Shown here: positions 56,002 to 64,000 of the stretch, in pieces
Position numbering within the stretch: the first letter of the stretch is position 1
Layout of the letters: each line of letters starts with the position of its first letter
Source of the DNA: Candidatus Buchananbacteria bacterium
GTDB lineage: Bacteria; Patescibacteriota; Patescibacteriia; Buchananbacterales; UBA6539
Assembly: GCA_041664165.1 (NCBI GenBank)
Contig: JBAYLH010000002.1
Location: 9,665-73,664 of the forward strand
Length of the DNA stretch: 64,000 bases
Direction: 5' to 3'
Made by a program: the position numbers and the translations under genes
Notes under the pieces: generated by a model
The model's database searches: none
What the model saw: only the letters and a program-made list of their open reading frames with translations
Told to the model about the DNA's origin: nothing

Positions 56002-56574
56002 TTAGGCTGATAAAATTTCGCTATCTTTTTTAAGGCTTTTTCTCAGCTCTAAATAGTCAGGTATTATTTGTTCGACCAGCCGCCAGAATTTTTTTGAATG
56101 GTTTAATTCTTTCAAATGGCAAAGTTCGTGGACAATAACGTAGTCCGCCAGTTTCTCGGGCAGCTTGGCGATTTTGTAGTTGAAATTTAAATTGCCTTTT
56201 TTCGAGCAGCTGCCCCAGCAGGTCTTTTGGTTTTTGATGGTAATTCTTCTGGTTTTGAAACCGTAAATTTCTTTGTAATGCGCAATCCGGCTTCGCGCCA
56301 GCATTAGGGCTTGGAATCGGTACTCGGCGTAATCTTTTTTAACGTTTTTGGGTTCAACATTACCGGTAAACTTTTTAAAGTGTTCCAGCTTTTCAATTAT
56401 CCATTGCGACTTTTGAAAAATGAACTGCTCAATAAAGTTTTCACTAAGATGGTGCGGCGCCGTAACGACAAAATTGCCATCGCCATAAATAGCCAGTCTC
56501 AAGTGTCGGGCTCGCTGGCTTACTTTTAAAGTGTATTCAATTTTTTTTTGCTGCAATTCGATTAGTTTTTTCAT
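56002..56574 (-). CDS. YgjP/SprT-like (DUF45) zinc metallopeptidase
   Basis: WGSCS..G.L.FN, YVIVHELCHL...NHS..FW. Confidence 0.9.
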   Translation of the reverse strand: MKKLIELQQKKIEYTLKVSQRARHLRLAIYGDGNFVVTAPHHLSENFIEQFIFQKSQWIIEKLEHFKKFTGNVEPKNVKKDYAEYRFQALMLARSRIAHYKEIYGFKTRRITIKNQKTCWGSCSKKGNLNFNYKIAKLPEKLADYVIVHELCHLKELNHSKKFWRLVEQIIPDYLELRKSLKKDSEILSA

Positions 56575-56603
56575 GACTAAATCGTTTCAATCACGCCGCC
56601 GGC

Positions 56604-57173
56604 TTATTTCTTTTTTGTTTTAGCCTTTTTTGCCGGCTTAGCGATCGTTTTTTTCTTAGCCGTAACTTTAACCGGCTTAGCTTCTTTTGGTGCCGAGACG
56701 GCAGCGGCCGGGACTAAGACTTTGAGGATTTTATCTAATTTGGAGTTCAAAATTTCAAGCTGCTGCCTGACTGAATCGGCCGCTTTTTCCGCCGGCTTGC
56801 TGTCTTTGCCAAAGCACTGGCTGCAGTAAACCGGTTTATCGCCGGTTGGCCGGAAAGGCACTTCGCATTTTTGGCCGCATTTGTCGCAAACAGCGCTAAA
56901 CATCCGTTTTTTTTCAAAGCTCGGCTTTTGGAAATCCCGGCCTTGGGGTCGGCTTGAAGCGGAACTTGAACTGCTGTGTTTACCAAAACACTGGCTGCAA
57001 TAAACCGGCCGGTCGCCGGTGGGTCGAAATGGCACTTCGCATTTTTGGCCGCAGTCGCTGCAGACAGTTTGGTGCATTCCTGGCCGGGAGCCGGCATTAT
57101 CATTAAAATCCCGCTTTTTGCCCCATTTGTCTCCTCTTGATCCGCCATGATTGCTTCTATCAAAATTTTTCAT
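56604..57173 (-). CDS. CxxC-x17-CxxC domain protein
   Basis: Two C..CG..CEVPFRP.GD.PVYCS.CF units. Confidence 0.9.
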   Translation of the reverse strand: MKNFDRSNHGGSRGDKWGKKRDFNDNAGSRPGMHQTVCSDCGQKCEVPFRPTGDRPVYCSQCFGKHSSSSSASSRPQGRDFQKPSFEKKRMFSAVCDKCGQKCEVPFRPTGDKPVYCSQCFGKDSKPAEKAADSVRQQLEILNSKLDKILKVLVPAAAVSAPKEAKPVKVTAKKKTIAKPAKKAKTKKK

Positions 57174-57317
57174 AAGGTTTTTAGTTAATAATTTACTTCT
57201 TAAGTCTCTCACTTTTTGGCCTAAAAGTCAAAGCCAGAAACTTGCTTTGGCAAAACAAAATTTCCATCGGTAACAAAACAAACTCCCGGCTATACCAATT
57301 TTTTTATAATAATTATT

Positions 57318-59243
57318 TTACCAGCCACCTCCGCCGCCGCCTCCCCCGCCCCCGCCGGAACCGCCACCGCCAAAGCCGGAACTTGAACCGGGAGCATTGG
57401 CGGAAGAACTGACGGCACTAGCAAAAGCGCCGCCCAAAGACCCGGCAAAAGTACCAATATTAGCCGGGTTAAAGCCGGTGCCGCTATACCAGACCGGTAC
57501 ATAAGCCTGACCTTTTTCAGCGAGTTTGGCAAAAATTTCGTTAAACTGCTCGGCCCATTGGTTTTCCACGTCTAAGGCCAAAGCATAAGGTAGATATTTT
57601 TCGAAAAGCTCGGGAGTTTTCTGTGGCGGATTATGAAAATTCAGCCGGTCTTTTTCCGTTACCGTTAAAAACCATTTGAAGCCGGCAATCTGGCCCAGGA
57701 GTTTTTGGCCAGCCACTGTCGGCGCTTTGATTAAACGATAGAAGATATAATTTATCGCAATTAATAAAAGAATAATAATGACGCTGGCTCGGGGGGCAAT
57801 TTCTAAAAGCATCATAATGGCGATTATTTCAAAAAAGAAAAATAAGCCAAAGGCAAAAGTTGAACCGATTGCCCGAAAGACTGCTATGATGCCGTTTGAG
57901 GCTTGCTTCCAATTTTGAATAGCTTGAACTAACAGAGATAATATGCCTAAAGTCCAGCCGGTCAACCAGACTACTAAAAAGATAACCGGCGTTTCGGTGT
58001 TTGAAAGCGAGCTGGTCGCCAATATAATAATACCGATTGTTAGCAGCAGGCCAATTAAGAAAAAACGGATGTTAGTGACAAAATATACTTTTTGATATTT
58101 GTCTTTAAGCAGCTTGTTTAGCAATTTGGTCGCGTCGCCAATTTTTTTATAATTGGTGTTTTTCAGTTCGATTTCGTGGAGGGTCGGAAAAAGGCTTTTA
58201 ATTATCATGGCTGCTTCGTCATCAGGTTTGGTTTTATCGGCTTGATTATAAATGAGAGTGTAGTTGCCGTTTTTTTTAATTTGTATAACGCCTTTAACTG
58301 CCAAATTAATAATATTAGCGGTTAGGCCTTTTTTGTCATAGCCCATTTTTTTTATATAGCGCAAAGCCGCTGGCGAAAAACCGGCCGGCGGTTCGTATTC
58401 GGGAATGATCGTGCCGGCTTTGGGGTCTTTGCCGACGGCGATCCAGGCAATCAGGTAATATAAAAAAACGACAATTAGGCCGATTAAGCCGATAATGGTA
58501 ATGGCATTATCCTGCCAAAAATATTGCCGCTTTTGTTCGGCGGTTGGCGGCGCGATGAAACCTTTCGGCCAGCCGACGACAATAGTTAAACCTTCGTTAG
58601 CCTTAAGGGACTGAGTGGTAGTAAAAGTGACTAGGTTATTATTAATTTGGGCGGTGAAGTTTTTATCCTTGGCGCCCTGAAGGCCGGTATAGCCGTCAGT
58701 TTTGATTTGGTCGGCTGTGATGGCATCAGGCAAAATTACGGTGGCTGAAGCTTTTAGAATTGGAAAGACCCAGCCGTTACCCGTGACATTCCAGTATAAT
58801 TCGTCATGATCATTGAAAAATCCTAGTTCGCGGTTGACCCGGTAAGTTAACTGGTAAGTGTAAGTTCCCGGCGGTAATTCGTAATCGCTTTTTCCGAGGT
58901 AGATGCGGATGCCGTTTTTGAGGCTGCCGTAATGATAGCTTTCCGGTTGGCCATCGCGCGTGACGGAAATTAGGTCAAAACCAATTTTGGTTTTAGCCAG
59001 GCCGTTATCGTAAATTGTTGGAAAATCGCGGTAAATACCGCGCTTAATTTCGATGCCAAGACTGTCAACGACAATGGTTTCAGTAACTAGTAAAGTCGAA
59101 TCTGGATTAACTTTAATCTGACTGTCAAGGCTATCGATTTTTTCTTGAGTTGCCGTCGCGGCCAAAGCGGGCGTTAGCAAAAATAAAAAAGCTAAAATAC
59201 AAAAAAAAGATATCTTAGCCAAGCGGCTGGGTTTAATTTTCAT
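57318..59243 (-). CDS. DUF2207 membrane protein
   Basis: GIYRD, ELYWN.TG..W, FE..LPYA.AL, Gly-rich GGGGW end. Confidence 0.92.
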   Translation of the reverse strand: MKIKPSRLAKISFFCILAFLFLLTPALAATATQEKIDSLDSQIKVNPDSTLLVTETIVVDSLGIEIKRGIYRDFPTIYDNGLAKTKIGFDLISVTRDGQPESYHYGSLKNGIRIYLGKSDYELPPGTYTYQLTYRVNRELGFFNDHDELYWNVTGNGWVFPILKASATVILPDAITADQIKTDGYTGLQGAKDKNFTAQINNNLVTFTTTQSLKANEGLTIVVGWPKGFIAPPTAEQKRQYFWQDNAITIIGLIGLIVVFLYYLIAWIAVGKDPKAGTIIPEYEPPAGFSPAALRYIKKMGYDKKGLTANIINLAVKGVIQIKKNGNYTLIYNQADKTKPDDEAAMIIKSLFPTLHEIELKNTNYKKIGDATKLLNKLLKDKYQKVYFVTNIRFFLIGLLLTIGIIILATSSLSNTETPVIFLVVWLTGWTLGILSLLVQAIQNWKQASNGIIAVFRAIGSTFAFGLFFFFEIIAIMMLLEIAPRASVIIILLLIAINYIFYRLIKAPTVAGQKLLGQIAGFKWFLTVTEKDRLNFHNPPQKTPELFEKYLPYALALDVENQWAEQFNEIFAKLAEKGQAYVPVWYSGTGFNPANIGTFAGSLGGAFASAVSSSANAPGSSSGFGGGGSGGGGGGGGGGGW

Positions 59244-59293
59244 ATCATTAGAAATCTACCCGTTACCCTGCTCTTTTTAGAGCGGGATTAGAT

Positions 59294-59599
59294 TTATTTT
59301 TTCTTTAAACCGAAGAAACCGAAAAAACCATAAAAGCCGTAAAAGCCGGGAGTAATTAGCCCCAGCAGTCCGAAAAGGCCGAGCCAGCCGAGCTGCCAAA
59401 TATCTCTAGGCTGGCCTTTGAAAAAATAAGTAAAGACATTGTAAATGACGGCTAAAATAAAGCTTAAAAACATCAGAATTGTCAGGGTGAAAAAAACCGG
59501 TTCTTCCACGTCAAAAATAACGGAAAAAATATTGTGCAGTATGGCTGAAAAAATAGCCAAACCCATGAGCCAAAATGGCAATCGCATTTGGTATTGCAT
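59294..59599 (-). CDS. Small membrane protein
   Basis: Hydrophobic; LHN..EEPVFF; LGWLGLFGLLG. Confidence 0.7.
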   Translation of the reverse strand: MQYQMRLPFWLMGLAIFSAILHNIFSVIFDVEEPVFFTLTILMFLSFILAVIYNVFTYFFKGQPRDIWQLGWLGLFGLLGLITPGFYGFYGFFGFFGLKKK

Positions 59600-59635
59600 A
59601 AAAAAACCTCCGGCTAAATTTTTAAATATAATAAA

Positions 59636-59908
59636 TTATTTTTTTTCCCAAAATTTTTCGCCGGCTTCTTCCATTGCCTCGAGCCGGGTATAATAGTCCG
59701 GTAATTCGTTGAGATGAGCTAAGGCAATTTTGCCCGTGGCCAGCGGATCGTCATCGGTAACGTTGGTATCGGGGTTAACCGTGCCATGTTCAAGCTCGAC
59801 ATCCAATCCCATTCGGAATTGTTCAACGTCGAATTTAGACCAGTTGATGCCGATTTTTTCGCCGACTGCCTTGGCTTGTTCCGGAGTAAAATGTTTTTCG
59901 GTTGACAT
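59636..59908 (-). CDS. DUF5661-like protein
   Basis: G..VELEH, KIALAHL.E.PDYYTRL..ME. Confidence 0.85.
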   Translation of the reverse strand: MSTEKHFTPEQAKAVGEKIGINWSKFDVEQFRMGLDVELEHGTVNPDTNVTDDDPLATGKIALAHLNELPDYYTRLEAMEEAGEKFWEKK

Positions 59909-60018
59909 AGGTTTTATTAGTTTAATTATCTCATTTTTAGTTCTTAGTGTCAAAAAAAAGACTCCTTGGTTCGGCTATTGCCAAATCAAGGAGTGTGATT
60001 TTTTTGGTTTTCGACTCT

Positions 60019-60744
60019 TTATTCCTGGATGGTGATGCCAACTGTTTGAGTGACAACCAAATTTTCTGAGTCGGAAAGAACGAGAGTAATCGCGGTCTGG
60101 CCGACATTGCCGGCAGCTTTGATTGTCATGACATCGCCGTCAAAGCTGATGTCAGCGATCAGGGAACTGTCAATATTTTCGGCCGACCAAATGAGCCGGT
60201 CGCCGCTGTCAAAGTCGTCGGTTTTGTTGCCGGATAAATCAACCGAAGTTCCGGCCAAATCCATGATAAGATCAGTCACCGTCGACTTCGTTTCTGGCGG
60301 CCAGTTAATATATCCCGGTCCCCTGGTAACTTGATAGAAGGCCACGGCTTCCGGAATTTGGGGCAGATTGGCCGCGTTATTGCAGATCGGCGCCTTAACG
60401 CCGTTGGGCAACAGAAAGGCGGCAAACGCGGTGGCGTTTTGATCGGTGCCGCCGGTTACGATGTTGCAGATCCAATTGCCACCCGGGCCAATGAAGGTTA
60501 ACGGTTTGTCCCAAGTTGGCTTATTGAACCAGCCAGCTCCGGGACCAATGCGCAGATAAACTGCGACTTTGTATCCAAACGGGTTAACCCCGCTTACCGA
60601 GCCAGTCAGGTTGGTATCCAGCAGCGCACCGTACGGCGGCACGTGACTGAACCAAATCTTTGGCGGGCCTTCAGTGGCTGGCGGACAGCCGAAAAGGCCA
60701 ATAACGATTAGCAGAAACAGCAATGATTTCCAAGTGTTTCTCAT
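60019..60744 (-). CDS. Lipoprotein with beta-rich domains
   Basis: LFGC-PP lipobox; SD AAAGGAG; terminator near 59952-59995. Confidence 0.75.
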   Translation of the reverse strand: MRNTWKSLLFLLIVIGLFGCPPATEGPPKIWFSHVPPYGALLDTNLTGSVSGVNPFGYKVAVYLRIGPGAGWFNKPTWDKPLTFIGPGGNWICNIVTGGTDQNATAFAAFLLPNGVKAPICNNAANLPQIPEAVAFYQVTRGPGYINWPPETKSTVTDLIMDLAGTSVDLSGNKTDDFDSGDRLIWSAENIDSSLIADISFDGDVMTIKAAGNVGQTAITLVLSDSENLVVTQTVGITIQE

Positions 60745-60784
60745 GACCGATACTCCTTTGTTGCGTTGTTGTGTTTTTTAGTTT

Positions 60785-61426
60785 TCAAAGGGAACTTCCC
60801 TTTTTTGAATCGTCGGGACCAACTAACCACTGTTGGGGTTCATTTGTCCTTTTTGGATCCCAGCTGGTCCAATACCAGCCCTGGCCAGGTTCATTCAAAG
60901 GATCGGTTGCCACTACTTTCCATCCGCTGGCTAGGCGATTGGTTAAGGTTCCCCAACCGGGGATGTTACTAGTAGCATCTTCGGCTTCGACGCAAAAAGC
61001 GCCAGTGCCGCAAGCGGCTTTCATTGCGTGTATTAGTCTGCAGCCCTTGGTAATCGCTGCCAAAAATCCGGCAATCGTCGTATCGCCTGCCCCGGTTGTG
61101 CCTTTGACTTCAGCTTGCAGGCACGGCATGATGATTTCCCGGTTGGCCCAGTCATCACGTAAGTTTGGAGCAATGAAACTTAGTTGCTCTTTTGGACCGG
61201 TGCGGACATACAAACCGTCCGTGCCGCATTTGATGGCGACAATTCCTGGCCCCATTGCCAGCAGACTTTTGGCTATCAGACTAAGGAGTTCACCCATTGT
61301 TGGTGGTCCGACTTGCAGTAATTTGCCGGGCTGAATTAGATCGCCTGATCTAATTTCCTGGATAATATCGAGGCAAAGGTGCCCCGCCACCACAACTTCA
61401 GTTCTATCTGCGATTTCTTCGTCCAT
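60785..61426 (-). pseudogene. PfkB-family carbohydrate kinase, apparently internally deleted
   Basis: N-terminal VVVAGHLCLD and C-terminal GTTGAGD..IAGFL present; GG..N substrate motif and central domain missing. Confidence 0.6.
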
Positions 61427-61549
61427 TGTGCTTCTTCCTTTATGCGTTGAATTCCACGGGTTGCTCTCTTTTTCTTACTCTAAATCATGTTTTTTCTCAA
61501 TTAAAATAAGCCCGCTTTTCGAGCTGGCTTGAGGTAAAATGGCTTATGA

Positions 61550-62503
61550 TTATTCAATTTTGCAGGCGTTTTTTAGGGCCGCTAAATCAGTATCAGTCAG
61601 TTTTTCATTGGTTCCCTGGTTCAGTCGGTACATAATGTCGCTTGGATTATCGGTATGCTCCAAACCCAAAGCATGGCCTAATTCATGAGCCAATAATCTG
61701 ATTAAGCGCTGCTGGTTGTCAAATTCATAAATATTAATCGCTTGGCCGCTTTCATCTTGTTGATAAACTCCTTCGTTGAATTCTCCGCCAAGTGTGGAAT
61801 TGACGCCGTTATATTTATCGGCCGTCAAATTCAATTCGGTGATTAGCTTATTCAAAATCGTCGCTTCGGCATTGAGATTATCTACCAAGTCATTAACTTT
61901 TGCCGCCTGGCTGTTGATTTTTGCCGCCAGGTCGTTTAAGGATTTTTTTTCTTGGTTTAGCTGTTCGTAAACTGCCGCCGGGGCGCCGCCGCGGTCATTC
62001 CAAGATTTCACCCGGGCGTTATAGGCCGCTTGCTTTTGTTCATACGAGCTAATCAAGGTTTCAAGAGCGGCTTTTTGGTTATTATATTGGCTGACCGAAG
62101 CGTCGTATTTTAATTTCAAAGAGTCATAAGAATTTTTATCGTCTTTGACTTCAATACCCAATTTTTTCAGCTTGTCGGTCGCCTCTTGGCGGTAATCGTA
62201 AATCAAATTGATTTTTATTTCTCCGGTGGTCGAATAATTAAAAAGCGGCCGGTTAATCGGTTCTGACCAAATATCAGCCGCTTGCTTGGCGGCCGCAAGC
62301 AGATCTTTTTCGGTCAGATTGAATCTTTGGTCAATCGCGCCGAGGCGGTAGCTAATCGGTTTTTGGCAGGGAGGAGTAAAATAATCCGCTATTAATTTCC
62401 AGTCTTGAAGCAGCGGGGTTTGGAAATAATAAATCAGGCTCAAAAAAATAGTAATCGCCAGTAGATTCGGCAAGATTTTTTTTCGCAGTTTTTGGTCAGC
62501 CAT
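61550..62503 (-). CDS. Matrixin-family metalloprotease with coiled coil
   Basis: HELGHALGLEH, Met-turn (IMY). Confidence 0.9.
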   Translation of the reverse strand: MADQKLRKKILPNLLAITIFLSLIYYFQTPLLQDWKLIADYFTPPCQKPISYRLGAIDQRFNLTEKDLLAAAKQAADIWSEPINRPLFNYSTTGEIKINLIYDYRQEATDKLKKLGIEVKDDKNSYDSLKLKYDASVSQYNNQKAALETLISSYEQKQAAYNARVKSWNDRGGAPAAVYEQLNQEKKSLNDLAAKINSQAAKVNDLVDNLNAEATILNKLITELNLTADKYNGVNSTLGGEFNEGVYQQDESGQAINIYEFDNQQRLIRLLAHELGHALGLEHTDNPSDIMYRLNQGTNEKLTDTDLAALKNACKIE

Positions 62504-62539
62504 ATAATAATTTTCAGCCTTTTCGGGGTAAAAGTCAAC

Positions 62540-62574
62540 AAAAAAAGAGCCCGGATTTTGAAATCCGGACTCTT
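62540..62574 (-). terminator. Terminator after rpsI
   Basis: AAGAG.CCGGATTT..AAATCCGG.CTCTT with A-run. Confidence 0.8.
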
Positions 62575-62588
62575 GTATCTGAAGGGAA

Positions 62589-63041
62589 TTAACGTTTTGA
62601 GAATTGCGGGGCGCGGCGGGCGCGGCGGAGACCCGGTTTTTTTCTTTCTTTGCGTCTTGGGTCGCGCTTGAGATAGCCCAGCGGTTTGAGGGTTTTTCTT
62701 AAATCTTTTTCAAAAACTAACAAAGCCCGGGAAATGCCGTGTCGCGCGGCAATGGCTTGGCCTTTAAGGCCGCCGCCGGCGACTTTGATGGAAAAATCAA
62801 ATTCTTTCAGTTTGCCGATGGCCTGCAATGGCTGTATAATCAGCTGCTGCATTTCAAAAGTCGGGAAATATTTATCGTATTCTCTTTCATTAACCGTGAT
62901 TTTGCCGTCACCTTTTTTGAACAAGCGGACGCGGGCAATCGCCTTTTTCCGCCGGCCGACGGCATAAAGATAAGTATGTCTGACTCTTTTTTTCTTGGCA
63001 TCCGATTCTTTTGGTTCTTCGGTTTTCTTGATTTTAGGCAT
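62589..63041 (-). CDS. rpsI: 30S ribosomal protein S9
   Basis: GRRKKAIARV, GGG..GQ, ERKKPGL..ARRAPQFSKR. Confidence 0.98.
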   Translation of the reverse strand: MPKIKKTEEPKESDAKKKRVRHTYLYAVGRRKKAIARVRLFKKGDGKITVNEREYDKYFPTFEMQQLIIQPLQAIGKLKEFDFSIKVAGGGLKGQAIAARHGISRALLVFEKDLRKTLKPLGYLKRDPRRKERKKPGLRRARRAPQFSKR

Positions 63042-63048
63042 AATAAAA

Positions 63049-63435
63049 TTAATTAGAAATCTTTAGTCTTTTAATCATTCTGTCTCGTAACTTATTTTTT
63101 GGCAGCATATTCCAAATAGCGCGCTTTAAAACATCGGCCGGATTTTTAACCATCACATCATTCATCTTTCTTTTTTTCATGCCGCCGGGATAGCCGGAGT
63201 AATGGTAATAGATTTTTTGATCCAGTTTTTTGCCGGTAATTTTAAGTTTGGCGGCATTAGTAACTAAAACGACGTCGCCGCAGTCGGTATGATATTGAAA
63301 AGTCGGCTTGTTTTTGCCGCGGAGCAGCATCGCAATTCGGCTGGCCAGCCGGCCTAAAACTTCGTCCGAAGCATCAATTTTATGAGTCTGCTGGGGATTA
63401 ACCGGTTTTTTAGTTATCTTTTTTTTCTTTTCCAT
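63049..63435 (-). CDS. rplM: 50S ribosomal protein L13
   Basis: IDA...LGRLAS, GK.KP, GD.V.V.NA, YSGYPGG, MLPKN. Confidence 0.97.
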   Translation of the reverse strand: MEKKKKITKKPVNPQQTHKIDASDEVLGRLASRIAMLLRGKNKPTFQYHTDCGDVVLVTNAAKLKITGKKLDQKIYYHYSGYPGGMKKRKMNDVMVKNPADVLKRAIWNMLPKNKLRDRMIKRLKISN

Positions 63436-63448
63436 AGTAAGTATCGTT

Positions 63449-63799
63449 TTAAACGAATTCAATTTGCACGATGTCAGCGCCGTCCCCTAGCCTTTTACCT
63501 AAATTGATAATGCGGAGATAGCCGCCTTTGCGGTCTTGGTAGCGCGGGCCTAAAACTTCCAAAGCTTTTTTAACGGCATTTTTATGGTATAAAACTTTGG
63601 TTAATTTTCGGCGGTTAGTTAAATTATTAACCTTGGCAATAGTGATTAATTTTTCAACCATCGGTTTGACGGTTTTAGCCTTGGCTTTGGTCGTTTTAAT
63701 TTTTTCGTAAATAATAATACTAGTGGCTAAACCTCTGAGTAAAGCCGTTCTGGGCGCTTTTTTGCGGTCTAAAATTTTTCCTTTTTTACGGTGTCTCAT
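63449..63799 (-). CDS. rplQ: 50S ribosomal protein L17
   Basis: MRHRK, I.TT.AKAK, R.GGY.RI, R.GDGA. Confidence 0.98.
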   Translation of the reverse strand: MRHRKKGKILDRKKAPRTALLRGLATSIIIYEKIKTTKAKAKTVKPMVEKLITIAKVNNLTNRRKLTKVLYHKNAVKKALEVLGPRYQDRKGGYLRIINLGKRLGDGADIVQIEFV

Positions 63800-63801
63800 A
63801 A

Positions 63802-64000
63802 TTATTTTTCAGTTTTTTCCGCCTTTTTCCGGCCGCGTTTTGGCTTAACTTCTTTGGCGGTTTCTTCGGTTGCTTCTTCAGCGGCTTCGGCCGTTTCGGC
63901 TTTTTTAGCTTTTTTGGATTTTTTCTCCGAGACTTCGGGTAAAACATTGCCGGCAATAAACTGGAAATGATCGATTAAAATCGTATCGGCGGCGGCCAAA
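63802..64000 (-). CDS. rpoA: Probable C-terminus of RNA polymerase alpha subunit (partial)
   Basis: Directly upstream of rplQ; AA..IL.DHF resembles the last alpha-NTD helix, then a charged tail. Confidence 0.65.
   Translation of the reverse strand, partial: LAAADTILIDHFQFIAGNVLPEVSEKKSKKAKKAETAEAAEEATEETAKEVKPKRGRKKAEKTEK

Noticed and set aside
1-64000. Prophage, complete DGR cassette, or alternative genetic code 25
   Set aside because: No phage structural, integrase or RT genes were seen; core genes are uninterrupted under code 11 and some ORFs end in TGA.

Overview
This is a chromosomal window from a small-genome bacterium, most likely Patescibacteria/CPR. That assignment is inferred from core genes lacking Shine-Dalgarno sites, CPR-type repeat proteins and an RpoA-like C-terminus with no alpha-CTD. 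TGA is used as a stop codon. The first ~19 kb is a + strand core block (frr, rseP, proS, mreBCD-mrdA, greA, lysS, serS, alr, ddl, ftsQ). After ~20 kb the genes are mostly on the - strand (sdpR/sdpI-like pair, M23 peptidase, gltX, glycan genes, rlmN, a type II R-M island, rpsI-rplM-rplQ). No rRNA, tRNA, CRISPR array, integrase, transposase or reverse transcriptase was recognised. Five signals stand out. (1) A small GIY-YIG nuclease gene is bracketed by ~146-bp direct repeats built from GTCATT-tagged palindromic units, and dispersed, covarying copies occur elsewhere in the window; this is a candidate nuclease-driven REP/REPIN-like system. (2) A stand-alone ~200-nt promoter-to-terminator unit carries a 12-nt match to the 16S rRNA 3' end and a tiny ORF. 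(3) Two orphan genes have C-termini resembling DGR variable regions. (4) Accessory genes share a promoter/boxA-like/strong-SD/terminator architecture that core genes lack. (5) Heptamer repeats have invaded coding sequence in frame. All calls come from visual reading; no searches were run.
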